DNA of 32,748 nt, taken from positions 1 to 32,748 of the IMG/VR virus record IMGVR_UViG_3300020409_001216; one strand, given 5' to 3'. The notes beneath the pieces are model-generated. The model did no database searches, was not told the DNA's origin, and worked only from the letters and a program-made list of their open reading frames with translations. Below are positions 9,846-19,353 of this stretch, piece by piece (the stretch's first letter is position 1; each line of letters starts with the position of its first letter). Both the position numbers and the translations under genes were made by a program. This stretch comes from a virus (Duplodnaviria; Caudoviricetes).

Positions 9846-10957
9846 TGGAAAAATTTTGCGATTCGCCTTGGAATCATATGAACATTAATAATCTCGGTAG
9901 AATAAAACCTTGCTGTGTATACAGTAAGCCTAAGGAAGATCCGGGTGAAGTGGACATATTCAAATGGTATAAACATGCTTATAAGGATTTAAAAGCAGAA
10001 GGCATTAATCATCCTGGGTGTGTTGCATGTAAAAAAATGGAAGATTCCAATATTGTTAGTAGGAGGCAATACACAAATAAACCTGGAAAAGGAAACCAGA
10101 TAGTTTATCTTGATATAAGTTTTGGAAACACATGTAACTTGAAATGTATGATGTGCGAAAGTAGAAACAGCACAAAATGGATTGCTGATGAAAAGTATCT
10201 TGTAGAAAACGGATTTGAACATCTTGAAAGAGGTATAGTGAAACAATACAACATGCCAGAAAGTAGGATAAAACAAATAGTAAACTATTGTAATAACTTT
10301 GAAGGAGAAGAGTTTCATTTAGAAGTTAAAGGTGGAGAACCTTTTGTTACAGATCAATTTTTAAATTTTTTAACAAGGCTTAATGATAATTTTTTAAAGA
10401 GATGTAATCTTTATGTATTTTCAAATGGTACTGGAATCGAAGCCAAATATTTTGAACAACTGAAAAAATTCAAAAGAATTAGTTGTAATCTAAGCATAGA
10501 AGCTGTTGGTCCTTTATACAAATACATAAGAGGAGGTGCAGATCACAGTCATGAAGATGCAATAGAATTTATGAAAGAATTTTCTAAGAACTGTCCTAAC
10601 AGCAAAATTGGGGTAAGTGTTACAATTACAATGTATAACTTATTCAAACTAAAAGAACTTAAAGCAGAAATAGACAAATTTATAAATTATAATCTGCCTG
10701 AAAAAGTATTCAGTAGTTTTTCATACTATCCTAAATATCTAAGTCCTGGCATTTTACCACAAACAGTTAAAGATGAATTGATTGCATACTACCATGAACC
10801 TTATTGGCAACCAGTACGTAATTATTTAAAAAACACAGAATCTGACCCTTACATGATGCGTATCTTCAAACAGTTTACCACGCTTTTGGACAGAAAAAGA
10901 AACACAAGTCTTTATGCCTATGAACCGAAGTTTAAGGAGATACTTGATGCAGTCTAA
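9845..10957 (+). CDS. Radical SAM protein with N-terminal Twitch-like domain
   Basis: CDSPW...PCC...CVAC; CNLKCMMC; GGEP; start placed at ATG 9845 (TAATG overlap). Confidence 0.9.
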   Translation: MEKFCDSPWNHMNINNLGRIKPCCVYSKPKEDPGEVDIFKWYKHAYKDLKAEGINHPGCVACKKMEDSNIVSRRQYTNKPGKGNQIVYLDISFGNTCNLKCMMCESRNSTKWIADEKYLVENGFEHLERGIVKQYNMPESRIKQIVNYCNNFEGEEFHLEVKGGEPFVTDQFLNFLTRLNDNFLKRCNLYVFSNGTGIEAKYFEQLKKFKRISCNLSIEAVGPLYKYIRGGADHSHEDAIEFMKEFSKNCPNSKIGVSVTITMYNLFKLKELKAEIDKFINYNLPEKVFSSFSYYPKYLSPGILPQTVKDELIAYYHEPYWQPVRNYLKNTESDPYMMRIFKQFTTLLDRKRNTSLYAYEPKFKEILDAV

Positions 10958-12107
10958 TTTTTGTTTGTTACCTTTTACGCATCTTAGCACGAGAGTCGAC
11001 GGCAATGTTGCTCCTTGTTGTAGAAGTTTAGATACGGTGGGAAATGTAAAGGATAATACATTGGAAGAAATATGGAACGGTCCTAACATGCAAAAATTAC
11101 GAGAACAATTTATAAACAATGAAAGACCAGAAGGGTGTAGATTGTGCTGGGACATAGAAGATCGTGGTAATTTGAGTATGCGCCAAACAAGAAATAAAAC
11201 AGTTGAAAGTCCAAAAGCTATAAACAAAGTAATGCCATTCTCAATTCCTATCCTTGAATTAAAATTAAGTAATCTGTGTAACTTTAGATGCAGAACATGT
11301 AAACCAGATTTATCAACAACGTGGCTAAAAGATTGGGACACAGTCAAGGACGAGTATGACAAGATAGGAATGAAATATTCTACCGGTAGGCAGGAAAATT
11401 ACAATACAGATGATTTGCTTGAAGAACTTACAAAATTAGGTCCTAGCTTTAGGATAATAGAATTTGCAGGTGGCGAACCATTGATGGATCCTATGCACTA
11501 TAAGGTGCTAGACGCACTACAACCCTTTGCTAATAATATACAAGTCAAGTATAGCACTAACTTGTCAAAGCTAACGTATGGGCGTTATAATGCGTTACAG
11601 GCCTGGAAAAACTTTAAAGGTGTTGACATAAGTCTAAGTGTGGATGGCTATCCTCAATTAAATGAATATATTAGAACTGAAAGTAATAATGATATTTTAG
11701 AAGAAAATTTAAAAAATGTTAGGAAAGAACTTGGAAATAAATTTGACGGCAGGGCCGCACTTTGTTATAGTGCATGGAACGTTTTAGGATTAACAGAAAG
11801 CTATGAATATTTTATTAACAAATTAGACATGCCTGTTCACGGAAATATAGCATGGTCACCAAGTTTTATAAGTCCTCAAGTACTACCTTTAGAACTAAAG
11901 GCAAAAGCAACAGACAAGTATAAACAGTATCTGTCAAAACAAGATGATAAAAGAGTGCATAGATTTGTTAACACGAATATGCAATTTTTAAATGCAAAAG
12001 ATGAAAGTCATCTTTTTGAACAGTTCATTAGATTTAGCACAAAGTTAGACGTCAGTAGAAAAACTAGTATATATGATGTCATTCCGGAGTTCAAAGATTA
12101 TGTCTGA
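10947..12107 (+). CDS. Radical SAM protein with N-terminal Twitch-like domain
   Basis: CLLPF...PCC...CRLCW; CNFRCRTC; AGGEP; SVDG; ATG 10947 follows AAGGAGA RBS. Confidence 0.92.
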   Translation: MQSNFCLLPFTHLSTRVDGNVAPCCRSLDTVGNVKDNTLEEIWNGPNMQKLREQFINNERPEGCRLCWDIEDRGNLSMRQTRNKTVESPKAINKVMPFSIPILELKLSNLCNFRCRTCKPDLSTTWLKDWDTVKDEYDKIGMKYSTGRQENYNTDDLLEELTKLGPSFRIIEFAGGEPLMDPMHYKVLDALQPFANNIQVKYSTNLSKLTYGRYNALQAWKNFKGVDISLSVDGYPQLNEYIRTESNNDILEENLKNVRKELGNKFDGRAALCYSAWNVLGLTESYEYFINKLDMPVHGNIAWSPSFISPQVLPLELKAKATDKYKQYLSKQDDKRVHRFVNTNMQFLNAKDESHLFEQFIRFSTKLDVSRKTSIYDVIPEFKDYV

Positions 12108-13248
12108 TACTTTTTGCATACTACCTTGGATGCACCTAGCAACAAATGCCAGTGGCAATTTGCGAGTATGTTGCAACAGCACTCCTGGTAAAAATTTTAT
12201 CCTTAAAGAGGACAATACACCTTACAAATTACACAAAGACGATTTAGAAGAAGCATGGAATAGTCCTGTGTACAAAAAGATTAGGGAGCAGATGTTGAAT
12301 GGGGAACGTCCTGAAATGTGTACTAGATGTTTCCGAGAAGAAGATGCAGGATTAAAAAGTGCTAGGAATGCCTGGAACGACAAATGGAAAAAAGATCAAG
12401 ATTACAAGATAGAAAGCCCTTTTGATATTAGATATGTTGATTTGAGGTTGGGAAATCTATGTAATCTCAAATGTAGAATGTGTAATCCTTACGCAAGTAA
12501 TCAATGGGTAGAAGAATGGAATCTAGTCGAAGAGGCCTTATCAGAAAGCGAGTACAAAAGATTGTCTAAAATGGATTGGCCAGAAATAGAAAAAACTTGG
12601 GAAAATTTATTCAGTATAGCTGGCACTGTGGAAGAAATATACTTGACCGGCGGTGAGCCTACAATAATAAAAGAACAACATAGACTGTTAAATTATTTTA
12701 TAGACAGAGATACAGCAAAAAATATTAGACTGAAATACAACACTAATCTTACTAATGTACCTAAACATTTACTTGATAAGTGGACTAAATTTAAAAAAGT
12801 TCAACTCAATTGTTCTATTGATGCTGTAGGAGAATTGGATCGGTACATAAGATATCCAAGCAATTGGAAAGCAATTGAAAAAAATTGGCATACGATTAGA
12901 CAGTTACCTAACGCAAATATAGAAATACATTGCACTGTACAAATGTATAATATTTTAAAATTGCAAGAATTAATAGAATGGGCTTTACCTTTCAACCACA
13001 AAATTTATTTTAATATTCTTAATCATCCTGATTATCTTAATATTAGATGTTTACCTAAAAATTTAAAAGAACAAGTTGAAAATAACCTAAAAAAATATTA
13101 TGACTTACCAAGAGTCCAAGGAATAGTTGATTACATGTATAAAGAAGATTGGACAAATAAATTAGATAGCTTTTACACTTATACCGATGAACTAGACAAA
13201 AGTAGAAATCAAAATCTATATGAAATTGTTCCGGAGTTGAAAAGATGA
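12100..13248 (+). CDS. Radical SAM protein with N-terminal Twitch-like domain
   Basis: CILPW...VCC...CTRCF; CNLKCRMC; TGGEP; SIDAVGELDRYIRYP; DKSRNQNLYEIVPEL; ATG 12100 after GGAG. Confidence 0.92.
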   Translation: MSDTFCILPWMHLATNASGNLRVCCNSTPGKNFILKEDNTPYKLHKDDLEEAWNSPVYKKIREQMLNGERPEMCTRCFREEDAGLKSARNAWNDKWKKDQDYKIESPFDIRYVDLRLGNLCNLKCRMCNPYASNQWVEEWNLVEEALSESEYKRLSKMDWPEIEKTWENLFSIAGTVEEIYLTGGEPTIIKEQHRLLNYFIDRDTAKNIRLKYNTNLTNVPKHLLDKWTKFKKVQLNCSIDAVGELDRYIRYPSNWKAIEKNWHTIRQLPNANIEIHCTVQMYNILKLQELIEWALPFNHKIYFNILNHPDYLNIRCLPKNLKEQVENNLKKYYDLPRVQGIVDYMYKEDWTNKLDSFYTYTDELDKSRNQNLYEIVPELKR

Positions 13249-14162
13249 ATTTTTTTATGCTAGGAGGTTGTGAGATACATGACACAATAAAATGGTTGAA
13301 ACAAGGATGTCCTCAGCACAACTTTATAGAACAAGGAATGTCAACTCTTGGCAGTATATATTCTCCACAAGGAAAAATTGCGGAGCACACTTACAATTGG
13401 TATACAAAAAATAATTTAAAAAGCAATCCTATAGCAAGAGCAGTATATAAAGAAATAGTTTCAAAGCCTTGGTTAAAAGATGTGAAAGAAAATGTATACG
13501 ATAAAAAAGACAATTGGATTATCATAAGTTTTGCACTCGAGGGCGAAGCTAGGTATGAAGACGGCCAAGAACATGTTACTTTAATAAAGGAACTTGTCAA
13601 TAAGCCTAATAACAAAAAGTTCGAAAAAATAGTTCAACTTAAATATCCAACCTATTGTATAGACAAATTAAATGATCCTAATTTTACTATTGGTTGGGAA
13701 AATGAATTTGTAGGAAAAAGATATTTAAGGACAAAAGGAGGTGGCTGGATAGATAAATTAGGACAAGATATTCATGATCATTTTGAAGATAGAGTTATTT
13801 TAATTTACACTCCGCCTGCACGTAAATGGTTCAACAGAAAATTTGGAGTGTATCATCAACTGCCGAAACATGGAGACTGGTTAAGTTGGAACACAGGATA
13901 TTGGAAAAATAGAACAAAAGACTATTGGGAAGAGCATAGTTGGGAAAGGACTAACAGAAATTACCAAGGTTTATATAAAGGATTTCAACGTTACTATCCA
14001 AAGAAAACACATTGGATAAAAATGGAATGGGAAAATCTAGTAGGTGACGAACATCATAGATTTGGAAAAAGTCCTTTTCATTATGATAATAAAAGCATTA
14101 AAAAAATAGGTAACGCAATACAAGGAAAAATAAATGAAATTGAAGCCGCCAAAAGTTCCTAA
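13245..14162 (+). CDS. Hypothetical protein, possibly SGNH-like (DUF6270-like)
   Basis: N-terminal LGGCEIHD and C-terminal HRFGKSPFHY resemble the G(S)C...D and HxWGxxPxHY termini of DUF6270-like proteins (from memory); ATGA-coupled. Confidence 0.4.
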   Translation: MNFFMLGGCEIHDTIKWLKQGCPQHNFIEQGMSTLGSIYSPQGKIAEHTYNWYTKNNLKSNPIARAVYKEIVSKPWLKDVKENVYDKKDNWIIISFALEGEARYEDGQEHVTLIKELVNKPNNKKFEKIVQLKYPTYCIDKLNDPNFTIGWENEFVGKRYLRTKGGGWIDKLGQDIHDHFEDRVILIYTPPARKWFNRKFGVYHQLPKHGDWLSWNTGYWKNRTKDYWEEHSWERTNRNYQGLYKGFQRYYPKKTHWIKMEWENLVGDEHHRFGKSPFHYDNKSIKKIGNAIQGKINEIEAAKSS

Positions 14163-15378
14163 GATTTGCGTTTTACCTTGGACACATTTAGCAACCGTGC
14201 CTGACGGAAGAGCTATTCCCTGTTGCTTACAATATCATTATCTAGACGATTATGACAACGTAAACATTCAAACGAATACTATTGACGAAATAATGAATAG
14301 TAGAGGTTACAAAAATTTAAGATTACAAATGTTGAATGGAGAATTTCCAAAAAGTTGCGAAAAGTGTTATTCACGTGAAAAACTTACAGGTAAGAGTTTG
14401 AGGACAGAACAAAATAAAAAACCATGGCACAAAGATGTATTTAGAAATGTAAGACAACTTACCGAAGCGGATGGTACCATAAAAGACATAAAAATAAAAA
14501 TTTGGGATATACGATTTAGCAATTTATGTAATATGGCTTGTATAATGTGTGGACCAGACTTCAGCAGTAAATGGGCAAGAGAATATCCTGGAGAATATAC
14601 AAAATTACTGAAAAATTTTAAAGATAACAATACAGTTAAGTTTATAGATGAAAATATTAAACATGTACAGGAAATATATTTTGCTGGTGGAGAACCATTA
14701 ATAATGGATGAACATTATTATATACTAGATAAACTTATGGAACTAGGAAAGACAGATGTTACGTTAAGATATAACACAAATTTTTTAAAAACAAATCATA
14801 AAGGAAAGGATGCTTTCGATTATTGGAAACAATGGAAAGGACCAATTGAATTAGCACCAAGCATAGATGCAATGGGAAAGAGAGCAGAGTATATTAGATA
14901 CGGCACTAAATGGGAAGATGTAGATGCAAACTTAAAAAAGGCTGTTGAACTAGGGTTGAAACCAAGACCTTTGATTACTGTAGGTGTGTATAACATGTTG
15001 CATTTACCTGATTTAGCAAAGTATTTTCATTCGATAGGAATAGACATGTATAACTTAAATATGTTGAATACGCCGATCGAATATGATTGTGCAATGGCTT
15101 CGAATAAATTAAAAGAAGATACATTGTATTTTTTAGAAGAAAACTTCAAGCATATAAAAAGTGAAACAAGTTTGGAAAGATTCCGTAACCTAACTTCTGA
15201 GCTAGTACATAAGTGTAAGCCTGTAAAGGATGAAAGCTCACTTACATTAAATCACATAAATTTTGTTGAAAAAATTCTTGATATTGATAAAAAAAGAAAC
15301 TTGGACTTTTTTAGAACATTTCCTGAACTGTTTGGGTACTACGAAGTATACCATAAATATAGTACATTAGGAGAATAG
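14134..15378 (+). CDS. Radical SAM protein with N-terminal Twitch-like domain
   Basis: CVLPW...PCC...CEKCY; CNMACIMC; AGGEP; SIDAMGKRAEYIRYG; DKKRNLDFFRTFPEL. Confidence 0.92.
   Translation: MKLKPPKVPKICVLPWTHLATVPDGRAIPCCLQYHYLDDYDNVNIQTNTIDEIMNSRGYKNLRLQMLNGEFPKSCEKCYSREKLTGKSLRTEQNKKPWHKDVFRNVRQLTEADGTIKDIKIKIWDIRFSNLCNMACIMCGPDFSSKWAREYPGEYTKLLKNFKDNNTVKFIDENIKHVQEIYFAGGEPLIMDEHYYILDKLMELGKTDVTLRYNTNFLKTNHKGKDAFDYWKQWKGPIELAPSIDAMGKRAEYIRYGTKWEDVDANLKKAVELGLKPRPLITVGVYNMLHLPDLAKYFHSIGIDMYNLNMLNTPIEYDCAMASNKLKEDTLYFLEENFKHIKSETSLERFRNLTSELVHKCKPVKDESSLTLNHINFVEKILDIDKKRNLDFFRTFPELFGYYEVYHKYSTLGE
15352..15359 (+). promoter_or_regulatory. Putative T4-late-like promoter (CATAAATA)
   Basis: Near-consensus TATAAATA, followed by AGGAG RBS and ATG 15380. 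Confidence 0.45.
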
Positions 15379-15379
15379 A

Positions 15380-16138
15380 ATGGATTATAAAAAATATGAT
15401 AAAGATGGAAATTTGCTTAACCTAATACCATTGGCCAATAGAGCCAAACAAGCAAATTATTATCAAAAGTTACAAGACGATCCAGACTGGTTAGAACCTA
15501 CACCTGAAGATATAAAATGTGAACTACAACTACAAGCACTTAATTTTTGGGAGCCGTTGGCATTTAAAATTGATGTTTCTCATTTTATGAAAGAAGTAAA
15601 AGCATTAGATGGCAGGTGGGTACCCTACTTAAGACGTGAAGGTTTACTTAATGACAGAGAAGGAATATCCTTAATGGGGTTGCCTGATGCTACAATGGAA
15701 GAAGGATTGTCTATGCCTGAAGCATGTAAAAAAGCAGGTAGACGATTGAGTGAAACAGAATTTAACACACCAACTGAAGCATATGATATGTTGCCTAGCT
15801 TACATGAATTGCTAGATTACTTTCAACCATTAGGAAGAACTATGTTGGTCAAAGCTAATGCTGGAGGATTTTTTCCACCGCATAAAGATCATCCCCATCT
15901 GACAAGAGATACATTTAGAGTAGTTGCTTTTCCAAGTTGGAATGTAACCAAAGACGAGTTTGATTGGGAAATGGAAAATACTAAAGTTCCTATCAAACCA
16001 GGTGGAGTTTACTATTGTGATACACGTAAGACACACCGAACAGCATGTTGGGTTCCTGATAGTATTCACCTAATAATGAATATTCCTAAGACATGGGAAA
16101 ACGTTATCAAATTAATGAGTATGACCAAGGCATTCTAA
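15380..16138 (+). CDS. 2OG-Fe(II) oxygenase, aspartyl/asparaginyl beta-hydroxylase-like
   Basis: GGFFPPHKD (HxD), DTRKTH distal His, R-rich strand before HxD; AGGAG RBS. Confidence 0.65.
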   Translation: MDYKKYDKDGNLLNLIPLANRAKQANYYQKLQDDPDWLEPTPEDIKCELQLQALNFWEPLAFKIDVSHFMKEVKALDGRWVPYLRREGLLNDREGISLMGLPDATMEEGLSMPEACKKAGRRLSETEFNTPTEAYDMLPSLHELLDYFQPLGRTMLVKANAGGFFPPHKDHPHLTRDTFRVVAFPSWNVTKDEFDWEMENTKVPIKPGGVYYCDTRKTHRTACWVPDSIHLIMNIPKTWENVIKLMSMTKAF

Positions 16139-17367
16139 TGCTTAAACCTTGCAGTCATTTTTGGACAGATATAAATCTAAATATTTTTAGAAAAGAAATC
16201 GTAAATTGTTGTAAAAGATATCAGCAAAACGAAGTAAAAATTTCTGACTTTGAAAAATACGGCACAGACTTTTGGACTAAACGTCCTGAAGTTTACGAAG
16301 ATAAGAAAGTTTTTTTAGAAGGAAAATTTCCCAAAGGATGTAAAAGTTGTGCGTTACAACATCCTAACAGTTTGTATAATACTTGGAATTGGTGGAAGGA
16401 TAAGCCACAGGACTTTTTTGTTGACCTTTTAGATAGAGACGAAACTTATAAAATAGAAATAGCATTAAGCACTACTTGTAACATGACCTGTCTATATTGT
16501 GGACCTAAGGTAAGCAGTAGTTGGGCAGATGTGCTAGGTAAACCTGTTGTTCAAATAGATGACGAATGGAAAAAAGCGGCACTTGAAAGTCTTTTCAAAT
16601 ACATACAAGAAAAAATGACAAAGAATACAAAGCGAGTTGTTTATACCTTTTTGGGTGGAGAAACTTTTTTGGATTTAAGTTTTTGGGAAATCTTAGACAG
16701 AATAGCTGATATACATGATAACGAAATTGAAATTAATTTTATTTCTAATTTAAATGTAAAACCTAAATTAATTCAAAGGTTGGTCAATCTTGCAAACGCT
16801 AAACCAAATATCAAATGGAGAATAAGTCCGAGTATTGAAGATTTAGGGGAACGGGCAGAAGCAGTCAGAGAAGGTTTAGACTTTAAGTTGTTTGAATCAA
16901 ATTATGATTGGATATTGTCTGAACCTGCAATAGATAAAATAGCAGTGTTGCCTACCATGAACTTATTAACCATTCATAAACATACAGAATTTTTAAAATG
17001 GGTTCTTTCAAAAAATATAAAAATTCGTGGTGCTAAAAATTTACATAAAACATGGACTGTATCATTAAACAGAGTCACAGAACCAGACTGGTTAGATCCT
17101 GCCATTATGCCAAAAAGCAGTAGGCTTGAAATAGACAGAGCAATAAGTTTTATAAAAAACGAATCAAAAAGATTTGGTGATACAAAAAATATAACTGATA
17201 TGTATTTAGGTAATCTTAGAGATTTGCGTAATGTCATAGGATCTAAGAGAACTCCTAAAATGATCGAAATATTAAAATGGAAGTTAGATAAAAATACAAA
17301 ACTTTTTAAAAGAGATTATTACAAAATATTTCCTGAACTAAAGGATATAGTAGATGAGAACAAATGA
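16138..17367 (+). CDS. Radical SAM protein with N-terminal Twitch-like domain (divergent)
   Basis: CSHFW...NCC...CKSC; CNMTCLYC; GGET; SIEDLGERAEAVREG; C-terminal IFPEL; start at ATG 16138 (TAATG overlap). Confidence 0.9.
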   Translation: MLKPCSHFWTDINLNIFRKEIVNCCKRYQQNEVKISDFEKYGTDFWTKRPEVYEDKKVFLEGKFPKGCKSCALQHPNSLYNTWNWWKDKPQDFFVDLLDRDETYKIEIALSTTCNMTCLYCGPKVSSSWADVLGKPVVQIDDEWKKAALESLFKYIQEKMTKNTKRVVYTFLGGETFLDLSFWEILDRIADIHDNEIEINFISNLNVKPKLIQRLVNLANAKPNIKWRISPSIEDLGERAEAVREGLDFKLFESNYDWILSEPAIDKIAVLPTMNLLTIHKHTEFLKWVLSKNIKIRGAKNLHKTWTVSLNRVTEPDWLDPAIMPKSSRLEIDRAISFIKNESKRFGDTKNITDMYLGNLRDLRNVIGSKRTPKMIEILKWKLDKNTKLFKRDYYKIFPELKDIVDENK

Positions 17368-18070
17368 ACAAATAAAAAAAATTAAAGAAACACAGTCAGA
17401 TCCTGTGCAATATATAAATTTTGTAAAACAAGATAATGTAAGAAAAATAGTAGAGTATTACGAAAATAACAAAGATAAAGCTGAAGTAAAAACTACTGGA
17501 CCAACTTGTTTATACATAAAAGAAGGTGACGGTGTTATAGATAACATTGTAAGGAAACTTAGAGATATTTACGGAAATTTTAAAATACGAAATGCACAGA
17601 TTTTTGATGTGTCTACACCACATGTAATTCATATCGATGACGGAAAAGATTTACCACAGGCATATAAAGCATTTACTCTACCTTTAAAGGTTGAATGGAG
17701 CGAACATGCTGAATATAGAAACATGGCTCTTGCAAAATTAATATTTTTTGATCAGCATTATTATGGAGGACCTGTTAAATTTTTCAATGGGGAGACTGTT
17801 GACGAAAATACAAAAGTTCACTATAATATGCCGCTTACTAATTACAAAGAAGTTGAAGGTACTAACGATGTGGGTATAAGAGAAGAAGTGCAAAATTATC
17901 TTACTCATCTAAGGCCACATTGGTTAGAGGGATTAAGTGTGCAATGTTACTTTCCTTGGGTAGGAGGAAGTTGTATTGCATTTGATAGTTTACAATTACA
18001 CTCAGCAAGTGATTTCAATAAATTAGGTATCACAAGAAAGCTCGGGGTAAGTATTTTTACAACTTTATAG
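17354..18070 (+). CDS. 2OG-Fe(II) oxygenase-like (DSBH fold) protein
   Basis: HID (HxD) motif, FTLPL strand, C-terminal IAFDSLQLHSAS distal His and KLGVSIF. Confidence 0.5.
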   Translation: MRTNEQIKKIKETQSDPVQYINFVKQDNVRKIVEYYENNKDKAEVKTTGPTCLYIKEGDGVIDNIVRKLRDIYGNFKIRNAQIFDVSTPHVIHIDDGKDLPQAYKAFTLPLKVEWSEHAEYRNMALAKLIFFDQHYYGGPVKFFNGETVDENTKVHYNMPLTNYKEVEGTNDVGIREEVQNYLTHLRPHWLEGLSVQCYFPWVGGSCIAFDSLQLHSASDFNKLGITRKLGVSIFTTL

Positions 18071-18077
18071 GTTTAAC

Positions 18078-19202
18078 ATGTCTGAAGATTTAAAATGGAG
18101 TGCTTATGACTTTTCTAAAATACCTTATCAAGATATTGTTAAGGTGGGACAAAGATCTCTTTTATACAGAGATATTTTTACTGTCAGTTGGCTTCTTGGT
18201 CGCTTTTGCAACTATCGTTGTAGTTATTGCTGGCCATACGCCAGATCAGATCGCAAAGATCACAGGCCCACACAGCTCTGTTGTGATACAATCGATGAGA
18301 TAAAAAGGCAAGCACGTGACAACGGTTTTAATAGTTTCCATTTTTCTTTTAGCGGCGGCGAGCCTACTTTTCACCCTGGTTACAACGATCTTCTACAGCA
18401 TCTTGCTAATGATATTGATAATACCAATTATACTTCTATTCATATGACAAGTAATTGTAGTCGGAAGATGAAGTGGTTTCAAGAGTACACTGAAATAGCA
18501 AAAGCATTTCACCGAGCAAGTATTACCGCAAGTCTACACACCGAGCATGTTAATACATCAGAAAAAATGCAAGACTTTGCTGACAAGTTAATTCATTGCC
18601 AAGAAAACGATGTGCAAGTTACAATTAATATGGTAATGGTTCCAGAAATATTTGAGAAAAGTTATGAGAATGCATTGTTCTTTCATGAGCAAGGCATCAA
18701 TGTAACTCTAAAGCCTCAAAGTGATCCTACAGCAAGTTTTGTTGTTGACGGTTACACAGAAGCACAAATGAAACTTTTACATAACGGCATGCCTCAAAGA
18801 GCATACACGGAAGACAAAAGAGTATGGGCTGATAGACCTAAACCAAAATTTAATAAACTACCAGCTACTTCTCCTGATACAGGAGAAAAGATACCCCCAC
18901 ATTTTCAAGTTGAATTTGAAGATGTCAAAGGTAAAAAATGGTACATGGATCAAGCTGAAAGATTTAATGCTTTTAATTTTAACAAGTTCAAGGGTTGGAG
19001 ATGTAATGCAGGATACCAAGGAATTATTATAAGAGAACCAGACGGAAATATAAAACGCAGTTACAGTTGTAGAGATGAACCTTTAGGTAATATCGAAACA
19101 GGATTTAAATTATTTAAAGAACCTACACCTTGCATAACAGAAAGTTGTGTAAGTAGTGCAGATTCTAAAATACCAAAGGTAAAAAATGAAAATTATTTGT
19201 AA
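18078..19202 (+). CDS. Radical SAM protein with C-terminal Twitch-like domain
   Basis: CNYRCSYC; SGGEP; C-terminal FKGWRCNAG...SC...LGNIETGF...CITESC; paralogue of 8874..9845. Confidence 0.92.
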   Translation: MSEDLKWSAYDFSKIPYQDIVKVGQRSLLYRDIFTVSWLLGRFCNYRCSYCWPYARSDRKDHRPTQLCCDTIDEIKRQARDNGFNSFHFSFSGGEPTFHPGYNDLLQHLANDIDNTNYTSIHMTSNCSRKMKWFQEYTEIAKAFHRASITASLHTEHVNTSEKMQDFADKLIHCQENDVQVTINMVMVPEIFEKSYENALFFHEQGINVTLKPQSDPTASFVVDGYTEAQMKLLHNGMPQRAYTEDKRVWADRPKPKFNKLPATSPDTGEKIPPHFQVEFEDVKGKKWYMDQAERFNAFNFNKFKGWRCNAGYQGIIIREPDGNIKRSYSCRDEPLGNIETGFKLFKEPTPCITESCVSSADSKIPKVKNENYL

Positions 19203-19353
19203 GCACTTAGGACCTTACTATGAAATACAAAAAATGTTTCCTTGTAGAGCATTTGCAAATGAGTTTATAGGAGAGCTTTGGGTAGAAATAGATGAAAAAT
19301 ATGAAACACTGATTTATTTAATTTTTGGAGATAGCGTTGCTAGAGGTGATTGA
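19186..19353 (+). CDS. Small hypothetical protein (55 aa), not in the ORF track
   Basis: MKIICKHLGPYYEIQKMFPCRAFANEFIGELWVEIDEKYETLIYLIFGDSVARGD; AAGGT RBS; overlaps both neighbours and fills the only gap in the operon. Confidence 0.65.
   Translation: MKIICKHLGPYYEIQKMFPCRAFANEFIGELWVEIDEKYETLIYLIFGDSVARGD

Noticed and set aside
1412-17237. Many 60-178 aa minus-strand ORFs opposite the radical-SAM operon
   Set aside because: They are antisense shadows fully inside well-supported genes, with no recognisable motifs.
18100-18303. 67-aa same-strand +1 ORF with a hydrophobic stretch inside a radical-SAM gene
   Set aside because: Short and not coupled to any gene end; hydrophobicity is expected for +1 frames of T-ending codons.
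8874-19202. Viperin-like assignment for the two CN(F/Y)xCSYC enzymes
   Set aside because: They lack the viperin N(Y/F)H...CNYxCxFCFH signature and carry a C-terminal Cys-rich Twitch-like domain.
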